A stretch of 24,000 nucleotides of DNA from an uncultured Orrella sp. (GTDB taxonomy: Bacteria > Pseudomonadota > Gammaproteobacteria > Burkholderiales > Burkholderiaceae_B), in the NCBI GenBank assembly GCA_964558695.1, contig CAZLFB010000023.1, positions 1 to 24,000 of the forward strand. The letters are read 5' to 3'. Shown piece after piece: positions 8,537 to 17,927 of the stretch (positions are counted from its first letter, which is position 1; every line of letters begins with the position of its first letter). The notes under the pieces were generated by a model. It was given only the letters and a program-made list of their open reading frames with translations, was not told the origin of the DNA and did no database searches. Position numbers and translations under genes: made by a program.

Positions 8537-9712
8537 CTAAGCCGAGCGTGATGCTGCCTCAATGAGCAGCCGTTTAATCATGGGCACTCGGTCAACCAGA
8601 CTCATGCCTGCATTCCTGAGCCAAGGCAACGGTGGCGTTGTCTGGTCAAAAAGACGCTTTAAGCCATCGGTGACCAAACGCATTTCAAGCGTCGCCTGGG
8701 CGCGGGCGCGCCGGTAACGGCGCAACACCGTTGGATCACCAGATGGCAGAAAAGGTTCACGTGCAGTGACAACCTCGACCAAATCGCGAGCATCCGCCAG
8801 ACCGAGGTTCAAACCTTGACCTGCCAATGGGTGCACGCGGTGAGCTGCATCGCCCACTAGCGCCACCTTAGGCCCAATCATGGGTGATGTGGCCAGTGTT
8901 AGCGCAAACCCATGCAATGGACTGCGCAAGCTCAGGCGGCCGAGCCGCCCACGCGTGGCTTTGCCAAGCGACTCCGCAAGCTCTTGGCGCTGACGCTCTG
9001 GCGGCATCGCGAGCAAGGCATCTGCGTAAGCTGTCTTTAAAGACCAAACCATCGAGACCTGATGGCCATCATCGGTGTCTGGCATCGGTAAAACGCCTAG
9101 CACCCCTTCAGGCCTAAACCATTGAAATGCACTGCCCTGATGCGCAAACTCAGTCGTCAAATGACCAACCACACCCACGGCATCGTAAGCGGTCTCATCG
9201 TATGGCAAACCGGCAAACTCACGCAGTTTTGAGCGCACACCGTCAGCACCAACCCAAAGGTCAGCGACTAGCGCTTGGCCATGGCCCGTGCGAGCACATC
9301 CCCCCTCAAACGTCTCAAGCGAGTCTTCTATCCAGCGCACACCATAAACCTTCAATGCCTGTTGCAGCACTCGCTCAATCTCACCCGACTCCACAATCCA
9401 GGTCAATGACGTCTGCGCTGCCTGCCAAGCGCGCAAGTACAGCGCACCGAACGTGTCTGCCTTGATCTCCATCGCCTCAACCCGAGTGACACGATCAGCG
9501 TTCATGAGTGACCAAACACCGAGATCAGCCAGAAAGACCTGGCTGGCTGCAGAAATGGCATAGACACGCGGATGAAAGGTATTTCGGTCCATGGGCGGCA
9601 GCTTTGGCGCGGGACCAAGCAACACCAAGTCTTTAACACCAGCACGCGCCAACCCCAGCGCGGTGGCCATCCCCACAATGCCTGCACCACAGACGACAAT
9701 GCCGTGTTTCAT
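8537..9712 (-). CDS. FAD-dependent monooxygenase, UbiH/UbiF/VisC/COQ6 family (391 aa)
   Basis: ORF 8537..9814 trimmed to ATG 9712, which overlaps the mltA stop as ATGA. The N-terminal Rossmann motif is IVVCGAGIVGMATALGLARAG. The C-terminal GDAAHRVHPLAGQGLNLG motif is typical of ubiquinone-biosynthesis hydroxylases. Confidence 0.85.
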   Translation of the reverse strand: MKHGIVVCGAGIVGMATALGLARAGVKDLVLLGPAPKLPPMDRNTFHPRVYAISAASQVFLADLGVWSLMNADRVTRVEAMEIKADTFGALYLRAWQAAQTSLTWIVESGEIERVLQQALKVYGVRWIEDSLETFEGGCARTGHGQALVADLWVGADGVRSKLREFAGLPYDETAYDAVGVVGHLTTEFAHQGSAFQWFRPEGVLGVLPMPDTDDGHQVSMVWSLKTAYADALLAMPPERQRQELAESLGKATRGRLGRLSLRSPLHGFALTLATSPMIGPKVALVGDAAHRVHPLAGQGLNLGLADARDLVEVVTAREPFLPSGDPTVLRRYRRARAQATLEMRLVTDGLKRLFDQTTPPLPWLRNAGMSLVDRVPMIKRLLIEAASRSA

Positions 9713-11028
9713 TGTGCGCTCGGCGCTCCTGCAGATTTGGGCCAAAGCAACCACATCTGGCCAGACTGCTTCATGCGCCCTGCCAAAGCACCCGCCTGTT
9801 CGCCAAAGCCCCAAAAGTAATCTGTTCGTGCGGCACCCTTAATCGCCGTGCCCGTGTCTTGGGCAAACACCATGCGATCCAGCGGCTGCTTGGACGATGG
9901 CATGGTGGTCATCAGATAAACCGGCGTGCCCAACGGAACAAACTCGGTGTCCACCGCGATCGAACGCTGCTCACCCAGCGGTATACCATACGAGCCTTTG
10001 GGCCCCTCGCTCGGGTCGACAATCACCTCTTCCCTGAAAAATACCACAGCCGGATTGGCATTCAGCATCTCCTGCACGCGCTCAGGATTTTTCTTGGCCC
10101 AGGCGCGAATGTTTTGCATGGAAGCCTGATTCAGCGTGAGCTGCCCTTGATCCACCAACCAGCGTCCAATCGATCGATAAGGGTGACCGTTGTGATTGGC
10201 GTAGGCCAAGCGAATGGTTGTGCCCGCATCCGGTCCCTCAGCCAGATACACGCGTCCAGAGCCCTGCACCTGCAAGAAAAAGTTATCCACAGGATCATTG
10301 ATCCATACGATGGTGGGCGGCTGACGTGCGGGGTCACTCAAATCCGTTCGGCTGTCATATGGCACCACCCGATTGCCATCTAGCTTGCCACGCACCCGTT
10401 TACCGGCAAGTTCCGGATAGAGCGAGCCCAGATCAATATTCAACAAATCGTTGGGCACTTCATGCAGAGGCCACTGATAAGGGCCCTGTCGCACACGCGA
10501 GCCTTGCACCAGCGGCTCGTAGTAACCCGTGACCATGCCGCTGGCCATCTTGCCAGGTGCAGACTCCAGCTTCCAGGGTGCTAAGTACGTCTGCAAAAAG
10601 CGACGCACGGCAACACCATCGTTTGCATTCGGTGCCGTGGCAGGATTTAAGGCAGCTGAGCAAACCGCATGCCATGCCCGCGGATTCGCTCTGGCCGGGC
10701 GCGCAAGATTGTCGCCGGTTGGCCGCATCAAGCCGCGACAATTTCGCACGAAATTCGCCCAATAATTCTTTAAGTCATCGCTCTGCCATCCAGGCACATC
10801 GTCCCAGGCAACCTGCACGTACTGCCCTTTGAGGGCCCGCGGTTTCTCAGCAGGCAGACTACTTAACAGTGGCACACGAAACGAGCTCACCTGCGCTTCG
10901 GGCGCGGGCGGTGCCGACGCGGGGGTCACATCACGCGGCGCGCTCGAGCAACCAGCCAGGATGGCGGCAGTCAAGACGGCAAAACCCAAGAGTGACTGTC
11001 TGGTTGACATCTTCATATTGCAGCTCAT
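9709..11028 (-). CDS. mltA: Membrane-bound lytic murein transglycosylase A (lipoprotein)
   Basis: Lipobox LAGC in the signal peptide (start at 11028, 11016 or 11010 is ambiguous). YYEP, FLQVQGSG, DTGTAIKG and the RTDYFWG region are typical MltA / 3D-domain signatures. Confidence 0.85.
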   Translation of the reverse strand: MSCNMKMSTRQSLLGFAVLTAAILAGCSSAPRDVTPASAPPAPEAQVSSFRVPLLSSLPAEKPRALKGQYVQVAWDDVPGWQSDDLKNYWANFVRNCRGLMRPTGDNLARPARANPRAWHAVCSAALNPATAPNANDGVAVRRFLQTYLAPWKLESAPGKMASGMVTGYYEPLVQGSRVRQGPYQWPLHEVPNDLLNIDLGSLYPELAGKRVRGKLDGNRVVPYDSRTDLSDPARQPPTIVWINDPVDNFFLQVQGSGRVYLAEGPDAGTTIRLAYANHNGHPYRSIGRWLVDQGQLTLNQASMQNIRAWAKKNPERVQEMLNANPAVVFFREEVIVDPSEGPKGSYGIPLGEQRSIAVDTEFVPLGTPVYLMTTMPSSKQPLDRMVFAQDTGTAIKGAARTDYFWGFGEQAGALAGRMKQSGQMWLLWPKSAGAPSAQ

Positions 11029-11036
11029 CCTTTGGC

Positions 11037-11411
11037 TTAATGCAAAGTGCGTGGCATGGCCAGCACAAACTCAGCGATACTGGCCTCAAAGGGCTGACCA
11101 TCATCGCCAGCACACAAGTAGCTGCCATGCATGCTGCCAACGGGTGTTCGGAGCGGACAGCCGCTGGTGTATTCAAAGGTCTCGCCCGGCGCAAGCAACG
11201 GTTGTTGGCCGACCACACCCAAGCCTCGCACATCCTGACGCTGGTTGTTGCCATCCACAATAATCCAGTGACGGCTAATGACTTGCGCTGGCTGCTGCCC
11301 AGTGTTGGTGATGCGCACGGTATAGGCGAAAAAGTACTGCTGCTGCGCTGGGTCGGACTGCTCGGGCAAAAACTGAGACTGCACTTGAACAGTAATCTCG
11401 TAAGGTTTCAC
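11037..11411 (-). CDS. apaG: ApaG protein (DUF525)
   Basis: 124 aa. The segments V.V.SQFLPEQSDP...YFFAYTVRITN.G...Q.ISRHW.I.DGN and GVVG.QP.L.PGE.FEYTSG match the ApaG family pattern. Confidence 0.9.
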   Translation of the reverse strand: MKPYEITVQVQSQFLPEQSDPAQQQYFFAYTVRITNTGQQPAQVISRHWIIVDGNNQRQDVRGLGVVGQQPLLAPGETFEYTSGCPLRTPVGSMHGSYLCAGDDGQPFEASIAEFVLAMPRTLH

Positions 11412-11503
11412 GCTGGCTTTTCCTGAAAAAACCGTTTAAAACAGCTTGAATACCGACATTTGACTGCCATAATCAAGTTTTAGCTTAATTAGTGCATTAC
11501 ACC

Positions 11504-12214
11504 ATGACTACACCTAGACCCCTGCCCAAAGCCCACCTGGCTCCCAGCATTTTATCCGCCGACTTCACCCGACTTGGCGAAGAAGTCACCAATGTGCTCA
11601 AAGCCGGGGCTGACTGGATACATTTCGACGTCATGGACAACCACTTTGTTCCCAACCTGACATTTGGGCCAATGATCTGCGAGGCCTTGCGACCCATCAC
11701 CGACGCCACCATTGATGTGCATCTAATGGTTGAGCCGGTGGATGCGCTGATTCCGATGTTTGCCAAGGCAGGTGCCAACGTCATCACCTTCCATCCGGAG
11801 GCCTCACATCACGTTCACCGAACCTTGGCGCTTATTCGCGACCATGGTTGTAAAGCCGGCCTGGTGTTTAACCCAGCCACATCACTGGCCTGGATGGATC
11901 ACGTCATGGATCAACTCGACATCGTGTTGCTGATGTCGGTCAACCCAGGCTTTGGTGGACAGTCGTTCATCGAGTCCACCCTACCCAAGCTACGCGCAGC
12001 GCGCCAACGTATCAACCAACATCTCGATAACGGCGGGCAACCGATTGCGCTCGAAGTCGACGGCGGTGTCAAGACAGACAACATCGGTCGCATCCGCGAG
12101 GCGGGTGCTGACACATTTGTCGCAGGCTCTGCCATTTTTGGGAAGGCCGATTACACCGCGGTCATTGCGCAGATGCGCCAAGCCATCGCTGACGCAGACG
12201 CTAAACAGGCATGA
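11504..12214 (+). CDS. rpe: Ribulose-phosphate 3-epimerase
   Basis: ORF 11492..12214 (GTG) trimmed to ATG 11504. [40 protein letters not shown] and VDGG motifs are present. Confidence 0.93.
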   Translation: MTTPRPLPKAHLAPSILSADFTRLGEEVTNVLKAGADWIHFDVMDNHFVPNLTFGPMICEALRPITDATIDVHLMVEPVDALIPMFAKAGANVITFHPEASHHVHRTLALIRDHGCKAGLVFNPATSLAWMDHVMDQLDIVLLMSVNPGFGGQSFIESTLPKLRAARQRINQHLDNGGQPIALEVDGGVKTDNIGRIREAGADTFVAGSAIFGKADYTAVIAQMRQAIADADAKQA

Positions 12215-12927
12215 ACACTCAGTCCAGCAAAAGCAACGGCTGGCAAGCTGTATTGCTCGATCTCGACGGGACCTTGCTTGACACTTTGCCCGATCTAGCA
12301 GCATCGGCCAATGAAGCACGCCGAGCACTGGGCATGCCCTTACTGGATGAATCGTTGATTCGAACGTTTGTGGGCAAGGGCGCAGACAATCTCGTGCGGC
12401 GAACCTTGGCCGGATCACTAGAAGGACCAGAACCCGAGCCCGTAATGTTTGAGCGAGCACGCGGCGTGTTTTTTGAGCATTACCGAGCCACCAACGGCGA
12501 TCGGGCGACACTGTATCCAGCTGTGCTCGATGGCCTAGAAGAGCTAATGGCCATGGACATTCCAATGGCGGTGGTCACCAACAAACCCTACGACTTCAGC
12601 GTACCTTTGCTTGAACGATCCGACTTGATGCGTTTCATGCGCGTGGTCATCGGTGGTGACACCTGTGCCCGGCGCAAACCGGACCCAGAGCCAATCCTGC
12701 ATGCGTGCGCGCAGCTTAACTGTGATCCAACAGCGGCGCTGACCATTGGGGACTCTATTAACGATGCCTTGGCAGCCAAAGCCGCTGGTTGTGCTGTGGT
12801 TGCCGTGCCTTACGGCTACAATGAAGGAAACCCGGTCACAGCGCTGCCGGTCGATGGTATAGTTGGAAGCATCTTAGAGGCCGCTGAGTGGTTACGACAA
12901 AACCGTCCACCCCAAAAAAGCTTCTAA
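12211..12927 (+). CDS. gph: Phosphoglycolate phosphatase (HAD superfamily)
   Basis: ATGA overlap with the rpe stop. HAD motif [12 protein letters not shown], motif II VVTNK and the C-terminal [14 protein letters not shown]. The rpe-gph adjacency is a common arrangement. Confidence 0.85.
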   Translation: MNTQSSKSNGWQAVLLDLDGTLLDTLPDLAASANEARRALGMPLLDESLIRTFVGKGADNLVRRTLAGSLEGPEPEPVMFERARGVFFEHYRATNGDRATLYPAVLDGLEELMAMDIPMAVVTNKPYDFSVPLLERSDLMRFMRVVIGGDTCARRKPDPEPILHACAQLNCDPTAALTIGDSINDALAAKAAGCAVVAVPYGYNEGNPVTALPVDGIVGSILEAAEWLRQNRPPQKSF

Positions 12928-12963
12928 ATGCGTTGACTGTACAACTGAACTCACCAAACGACG

Positions 12964-13035
12964 ATGACACCGCAAGCCTTCCCGATCACAACAACTGGTA
13001 CCCGCTGGTGCTGGTGGCATTTGTCTAACGGGTAG
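12964..13035 (+). CDS. trpL: Candidate trp operon leader peptide (23 aa: MTPQAFPITTTGTRWCWWHLSNG)
   Basis: Hand translation. ATG 12964 is the first start after an in-frame TGA at 12946-12948. Codons TGG-TGC-TGG-TGG fall at 13006-13017 (3 Trp in 4 codons), and TAG at 13033-13035. It lies 177 nt upstream of trpE and 45 nt upstream of a terminator hairpin. No obvious Shine-Dalgarno, which is the main weakness. Confidence 0.6.
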   Translation: MTPQAFPITTTGTRWCWWHLSNG

Positions 13036-13079
13036 GCCCGCGGCACTGGTCAAGCAGCACGATCAACACAACGTACACG

Positions 13080-13110
13080 AGCCCGCCCTTTAACCGGTCG
13101 GGCTTTTTTA
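13080..13110 (+). terminator. Rho-independent terminator (attenuator terminator of the trp leader, and/or the rpe-gph terminator)
   Basis: AGCCCG (13080-13085) pairs with CGGGCT (13099-13104). Two further C-G pairs form across a 1-nt bulge, with an 8-nt loop. A T6 run at 13104-13109 follows immediately. Confidence 0.75.
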
Positions 13111-13211
13111 TTGCGTTATTTGTTGCCCCGTTTATTAACTGACGAACTCAAATGCGCTTCAAAGTCCGGCCCCCATGCGAATGAAGCAAACTAAAACAAA
13201 GTGAATCCGCC

Positions 13212-14738
13212 ATGACAGAAATCGAATTTAACGCGCTTGCCAAACAGGGATACAACCGGATACCACTGGTGGCTGAGACCTATGCCGATCTCGACACGCC
13301 ACTGGCCATCTACTTAAAACTCGCCAACACTGGCGCAAGCGTTGGCAAATACACCTGCTTGCTGGAGTCCGTGGTCGGTGGTGAGCGATTTGGGCGCTAC
13401 TCCTTTATTGGCTTGCCGGCGCGCACCATCATTCGCGCGCGCGGTCAAACCACTGAAGTCGTCACCGATGACAAGGTGGTTGAGACTTACGCGGGTGACC
13501 CGCTACAGTTCATTTCAGACTATCAAGCGCGTTTCAAAGTGGCGCTGCGCCCGGGCATGCCCCGATTTGCCGGTGGTTTGGCCGGGTATTTTGGGTATGA
13601 CACCGTGCGGCACATCGAGCCGCGCCTAGGACCAGCAAACAAGTCGTTTCCTGACGGCATGGGAGAGGGCCCGCCAGACTTGTTGTTACTGCACGTTGAT
13701 GAGCTGGTCATTGTTGACAACGTCGCTGGTCGAACTTACCTCTTGGTCTATGCAGACCCTACCGTGCCAGAAGCCTATAGCAAAGCCCAACAACGGCTCA
13801 AAGCGCTGCGCATCAAACTGCGCAAACCAGTTGACATTCCATATAGCCATGCGAGTGTGGTGACCGAAGAAGTTCGCAGCTTTGACAAAGAAGACTATCT
13901 GGCCGCGGTGCGCAAGGCCAAGGCCTACATCGAGGCCGGCGACCTGATGCAAGTGCAAGTCGGTCAAGTAATTGCCAAGCCATTTAGAGACTCGCCGCTG
14001 TCACTTTACCGGGCGCTTCGTTCCTTGAATCCATCGCCCTATATGTACTTTTGGAATTTTGGAGACTTTCAAGTCGTCGGTGCTTCCCCAGAGATTTTAG
14101 TCAGACAAGAGATCGTTCCGGGCGCATCAACTGACGCGCCGGAGACCGAGGTCACCATTCGGCCATTGGCTGGCACCCGACGTCGTGGTGGCACACCTGA
14201 GGAAGATGCGGCACTTGCCCAAGAGCTGATGGCAGACCCCAAAGAGCGGGCCGAGCACGTCATGTTGATTGATCTGGCGCGCAACGATGTGGGGCGCGTC
14301 GCCGAGACCGGTTCCGTCAAAGTCACTGACACGATGGTCATTGAACGCTACTCCCACGTGATGCACTTGGTGTCAAACGTCACCGGTAGGCTCGCCCCCG
14401 GCATGAGCAACATGGACGTGTTGCGCGCCACCTTCCCGGCAGGCACGCTCACGGGCGCACCCAAGGTCAGAGCCATGGAAATCATTGACGAGCTCGAACC
14501 GGTCAAACGTGGAATTTACGGTGGTGCGGCTGGCTACTTGAGCTACGGCGGTGAAATGGATGTGGCCATTGCCATTCGCACGGGCATCATCCAGGACGGC
14601 ATGCTCTACGTACAAGCGGCCGCTGGCATCGTGGCCGACTCCGACCCAGAAAAAGAATGGATGGAAACTGAAGTCAAAGCACGCGCGGTGCTGCGCGCTG
14701 CCGAACAAGTTCAGAATGGCCTAGACAGCCCCATCTAA
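13212..14738 (+). CDS. trpE: Anthranilate synthase component I
   Basis: 508 aa. [16 protein letters not shown] near the N-terminus, plus the chorismate-binding C-terminal motifs ([37 protein letters not shown]). Confidence 0.95.
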   Translation: MTEIEFNALAKQGYNRIPLVAETYADLDTPLAIYLKLANTGASVGKYTCLLESVVGGERFGRYSFIGLPARTIIRARGQTTEVVTDDKVVETYAGDPLQFISDYQARFKVALRPGMPRFAGGLAGYFGYDTVRHIEPRLGPANKSFPDGMGEGPPDLLLLHVDELVIVDNVAGRTYLLVYADPTVPEAYSKAQQRLKALRIKLRKPVDIPYSHASVVTEEVRSFDKEDYLAAVRKAKAYIEAGDLMQVQVGQVIAKPFRDSPLSLYRALRSLNPSPYMYFWNFGDFQVVGASPEILVRQEIVPGASTDAPETEVTIRPLAGTRRRGGTPEEDAALAQELMADPKERAEHVMLIDLARNDVGRVAETGSVKVTDTMVIERYSHVMHLVSNVTGRLAPGMSNMDVLRATFPAGTLTGAPKVRAMEIIDELEPVKRGIYGGAAGYLSYGGEMDVAIAIRTGIIQDGMLYVQAAAGIVADSDPEKEWMETEVKARAVLRAAEQVQNGLDSPI

Positions 14739-14764
14739 GCACTGACCCTATAAGCGAGATCATC

Positions 14765-15352
14765 ATGCTGCTCATGCTCGACAATTACGACTCATTCACA
14801 TACAACTTGGTGCAATATTTTGGTGAATTAGGCGAAGATGTGCGCGTATACCGTAACGATCAGGTGACAATAGAGGAAATTGAGAGCCTCAAGCCTGATC
14901 ATATTTGCGTCTCACCCGGGCCCTGCTCGCCTGCTGAAGCCGGTATTTCGGTGCCGTTGATCAAGCATTTCGCAGGCAAACTGCCGATTCTGGGGGTTTG
15001 CCTTGGGCATCAGTCGATTGGAGCCGCATTTGGGGGACAAATCGTACGCGCCAAAGAGCTGATGCACGGCAAAACATCCAACATCACTCACTTGGGCACA
15101 GACGTATTTTCCAATTTACCCTCCCCATACACGGTCACACGCTACCATTCACTGGCCATTGAACGTGACACTTTGCCTCAGTGCCTTGTGGTGACAGCCG
15201 AAACACCGGACGGTGAAATCATGGGCATCCGGCATCGGGATCTACCGATTTATGGCGTGCAATTTCACCCGGAGTCGATCTTGACCGAGCACGGTCATGC
15301 GCTCTTGCAGAACTTTCTAAAACTTCCACACCCGATTGCCGCGGCAGCCTAA
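14765..15352 (+). CDS. trpG: Anthranilate synthase component II / aminodeoxychorismate synthase glutamine amidotransferase
   Basis: 195 aa. [19 protein letters not shown], the catalytic GVCLGHQ, and the GVQFHPES triad region of class-I GATases. Confidence 0.92.
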   Translation: MLLMLDNYDSFTYNLVQYFGELGEDVRVYRNDQVTIEEIESLKPDHICVSPGPCSPAEAGISVPLIKHFAGKLPILGVCLGHQSIGAAFGGQIVRAKELMHGKTSNITHLGTDVFSNLPSPYTVTRYHSLAIERDTLPQCLVVTAETPDGEIMGIRHRDLPIYGVQFHPESILTEHGHALLQNFLKLPHPIAAAA

Positions 15353-15364
15353 CCGGAGACAGAA

Positions 15365-16396
15365 ATGACCATTACACCGAGCGAAGCGCTGTCTCGCTGC
15401 ATTGAGCACCGGGAGATTTTTCATGATGAGATGCTTCACCTGATGCGCATGCTGATGCGCGGTGAGATGTCGCCCACGATGGCAGCGGCCATCATCATGG
15501 GCCTGCGCGTCAAGAAAGAAACCATTGGTGAAATCACCGCCGCAGCCACGGTCATGCGCGAATTTGCCACACCCGTGCAAACCGCAATTGCAGCTGATTT
15601 GCTTGACCTGTGTGGCACAGGTGGCGACGGCTCCAGCACCTTCAACATTTCGACCACCGCCATGTTTGTCGCCGCGGCAGCTGGTGTGCCAGTGGCCAAA
15701 CATGGCGGACGCAGCGCATCATCGCCGAGCGGCAGCGTCGATATCATCGAGGCGCTTGGTGGGCGTGTCGATCTAAACCCCGAGCAGGTGGCGCAATGCA
15801 TCAGCGAAATCGGCATCGGGTTTATGTTTGCGCAGGCCCATCACAGCGCCATGAAACACGTTGCCCCAATACGCAAGGAACTTGGCGTACGCACGATGTT
15901 CAACATCCTGGGGCCACTGACCAATCCGGCGGGCGCAAAAAACCAGATGATGGGCGTTTTCCACCCCGACCTCGTTGGCATTCAGGTGCGCGTGCTGCAG
16001 TCACTTGGCTCACGCCACGTCCTGATCGTTCATGGTCGCGATGGCATGGATGAAGCATCACTCGGTGCAGCGACCATGGTTGGCGAACTCAAAGATGGCC
16101 AAGTGCATGAGTATGAAATTCACCCCGAAGACTTTGGCCTGACCATGATGTCAAACCGAAGCATCCGCATATCCACCAAAGAAGAATCCAAGGCACTGGT
16201 GCTAGAGGCATTGAGCAACATCCCAGGGGGCGCGCGCGACATCGTGGCCTACAATGCAGGCCTTGCGATCTATGCAGGCAACCGGGCCAGCAGCATGGCC
16301 GATGGCATCAAGCAGGCGTTCGACCTCATTGCCAGCGGTGCTGCGCGTGACAAACTTGAGCAATTCTGTGCGCTTACTAGGAAATTGACTTCATGA
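15365..16396 (+). CDS. trpD: Anthranilate phosphoribosyltransferase
   Basis: 343 aa. GGAGA precedes the [35 protein letters not shown] and [11 protein letters not shown] motifs are present. Confidence 0.95.
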   Translation: MTITPSEALSRCIEHREIFHDEMLHLMRMLMRGEMSPTMAAAIIMGLRVKKETIGEITAAATVMREFATPVQTAIAADLLDLCGTGGDGSSTFNISTTAMFVAAAAGVPVAKHGGRSASSPSGSVDIIEALGGRVDLNPEQVAQCISEIGIGFMFAQAHHSAMKHVAPIRKELGVRTMFNILGPLTNPAGAKNQMMGVFHPDLVGIQVRVLQSLGSRHVLIVHGRDGMDEASLGAATMVGELKDGQVHEYEIHPEDFGLTMMSNRSIRISTKEESKALVLEALSNIPGGARDIVAYNAGLAIYAGNRASSMADGIKQAFDLIASGAARDKLEQFCALTRKLTS

Positions 16397-17184
16397 GCAA
16401 CATTCTGGACGAGATACTGACTGTCAAGGCTGAGCAAGTGAAAGCGGCACGCCAACTGCGCAGCGAGGCTGACTTGTTGCGCGAGGCGCAGGCGCGTCAG
16501 GATTTGCGTGGATTTGCCGCTGCCATCGAGGACAAGATCGCCGCTGGCAAACCGGCCGTCATTGCTGAAATCAAAAAAGCCTCGCCCTCCAAAGGGGTGA
16601 TTCGAGAGGATTTCCATCCCGCACAGATTGCAGCCTCCTACACAGCAGGTGGTGCAACTTGCCTATCGGTACTCACCGACGTGAAATTCTTTCAAGGCTC
16701 GCATGACTATCTGCGCCAGGCCCGTGCGGCCTGTCCCCTACCGGTGCTGCGCAAAGACTTCATGATCGATCCATACCAGGTCATCTCGGCTCGCGCCATG
16801 GGTGCGGATTGCATTCTGTTGATCGCTGCGGCGCTTGAAACAACCCGCATGCAAGAGCTTGAAGCTTGCGCCATGGAGTTGTCACTCGATGTGCTCGTCG
16901 AAGTTCACAACGCTCAAGAACTGGAACAGGCGTTAACCCTCAATACCAACTTGCTGGGCATCAACAACCGCAATCTAAAGACGTTTGAAGTGTCGCTAGA
17001 CACCACGCTTGGACTGCTTGATCAGATCCCGACTGGCAAGCGTGTAGTCACCGAAAGCGGGATTTTGTCGCGAGAAGACGTGAAACTGATGCGTGACCAT
17101 GCCGTCAATGCATTTCTGGTTGGTGAGGCCTTTATGCGGGCACCTGATCCTGGCACGGCATTGGCAGAGTTGTTTTTTAACTAG
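16393..17184 (+). CDS. trpC: Indole-3-glycerol phosphate synthase
   Basis: ATGA overlap with the trpD stop. [34 protein letters not shown] and ESGI motifs are present. Confidence 0.95.
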   Translation: MSNILDEILTVKAEQVKAARQLRSEADLLREAQARQDLRGFAAAIEDKIAAGKPAVIAEIKKASPSKGVIREDFHPAQIAASYTAGGATCLSVLTDVKFFQGSHDYLRQARAACPLPVLRKDFMIDPYQVISARAMGADCILLIAAALETTRMQELEACAMELSLDVLVEVHNAQELEQALTLNTNLLGINNRNLKTFEVSLDTTLGLLDQIPTGKRVVTESGILSREDVKLMRDHAVNAFLVGEAFMRAPDPGTALAELFFN

Positions 17185-17220
17185 GTGGCCACAGGCAAAA
17201 TAAACCACACAAAGCACAGA

Positions 17221-17263
17221 AACCACAAGGGCTAGCAGACAATGTCTGCTAGCCCTTGTGGTT
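17221..17263. terminator. Perfect 20-bp inverted repeat between the convergent trpC and DUF2892 genes (probable bidirectional terminator, non-canonical)
   Basis: AACCACAAGGGCTAGCAGAC (17221-17240), loop AAT, then GTCTGCTAGCCCTTGTGGTT (17244-17263), the exact reverse complement. There is no clean U-tract on either side. Confidence 0.55.
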
Positions 17264-17274
17264 GATCACTGATC

Positions 17275-17466
17275 TTACTTTTTCATGGGGCAGGTGTTCA
17301 CGCCGATCAATGAGTAGGCAGGGCAGACTCTAAATAGACCCGTGGCCAATGGCACAACGCCAATCCAGCCCCAGACACCGATGGTGCCTGACAAGGTCAG
17401 TGCAATCAGCGCAAGGCCAACAACAATCCTAAGGATTCGATCAATACCGCCGACATTCGTTTTCAT
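17275..17466 (-). CDS. DUF2892 (YgaP C-terminal-like) small membrane protein, 63 aa
   Basis: AGGAG precedes the ATG at 17466. Two hydrophobic helices and a C-terminal RVCPAYSLIGVNTCP motif (paired Cys) typical of DUF2892. It lies 34 nt downstream of the ArsR-family regulator gene. Confidence 0.75.
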   Translation of the reverse strand: MKTNVGGIDRILRIVVGLALIALTLSGTIGVWGWIGVVPLATGLFRVCPAYSLIGVNTCPMKK

Positions 17467-17500
17467 GGTCTTTCTCCTGGGAAACTCTGTTTAAGTGCGA

Positions 17501-17830
17501 TCAAGACTTGGATTGACCACAGTACAAACCGTAAAGCGTCTGCATCATCAACAAAACCGACGGGCTGGCCAGCTTGTAATAGATAAACTTGCCTTCACGA
17601 CGCGTGGTCACGAGCTTTTCGTCACGCAACACGCCTAGCTGTTGGGATAAGGTTGGCTGGCGAATGCCTGTTAGGGACTCTAGCTCGCCGACATTGAGCT
17701 CAGAACCGATCAGGTGGCACAGAAGCATTAACCTGTCTTCATTGGCCATGGTCTTAAGCAATGCACAGGCTTTCCCGGCCGATGTGCGTAACTCTTGTAC
17801 ATTCGAAGACGTCAGGGTGACGGCGTTCAT
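17501..17830 (-). CDS. ArsR/SmtB-family transcriptional repressor, BigR/SqrR/YgaV-like (persulfide-sensing subtype)
   Basis: 109 aa winged-HTH (LNVGELESLTGIRQPTLSQQLGVLRDEKLV). Cys residues sit in LMLLCHL and near the C-terminus (LYCGQ), the positions of the redox-sensing Cys pair described for BigR/SqrR. The gene is divergent from an MBL-fold dioxygenase-like gene, as in bigR-blh loci. Confidence 0.8.
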   Translation of the reverse strand: MNAVTLTSSNVQELRTSAGKACALLKTMANEDRLMLLCHLIGSELNVGELESLTGIRQPTLSQQLGVLRDEKLVTTRREGKFIYYKLASPSVLLMMQTLYGLYCGQSKS

Positions 17831-17858
17831 GCTTTGCCTCTATGGGTTTGATGAGAAT

Positions 17859-17893
17859 ATTATATTTGTATATAAACTATTTATCAATATAAT
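17859..17893. promoter_or_regulatory. Interlocked divergent sigma70 promoters (probable BigR-type operator region)
   Basis: Minus strand: TTGATA (17887..17882), 17 nt spacer, TATAAT (17864..17859), serving the regulator gene. Plus strand: TTGTAT (17866-17871), 16 nt spacer, TATAAT (17888-17893), serving the MBL gene. Each -35 element abuts the -10 element of the other. The region is AT-rich with an imperfect dyad centred near 17877. Confidence 0.5.
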
Positions 17894-17927
17894 AAACATA
17901 TAGCTGTTTTTCATATGGAGCACTGAA

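Noticed and set aside
8030-8551. 173-aa ORF on the plus strand
   Set aside because: It is entirely antisense to the well-supported dsbC gene. Its Arg/Ala/Cys-rich composition is typical of shadow ORFs in GC-rich coding DNA, and it has no RBS.
9712-11426. Plus-strand ORFs of 223, 144 and 185 aa (9712..10383, 10829..11263, 10869..11426)
   Set aside because: They are antisense shadow frames of mltA and apaG. Their Arg/Pro/His-rich, low-complexity translations match no recognisable family.
11990-12565. 191-aa minus-strand ORF
   Set aside because: It is antisense to the rpe/gph junction, both of which have strong family motifs. Its composition (many R, C, W) is non-protein-like.
15436-16053. ORFs of 126, 104 and 147 aa overlapping trpD in other frames or on the other strand
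   Set aside because: They are off-frame or antisense translations of a gene with unambiguous trpD motifs. They are rich in R/P/A/C.
17855-17902. Attempt to define an exact palindromic BigR box in the AT-rich divergent promoter region
   Set aside because: Only an imperfect AT-rich dyad (TTGTATATAAAC / TATTTATCAA) is visible. In such AT-rich sequence, partial symmetry is expected by chance, so no specific operator sequence is claimed.
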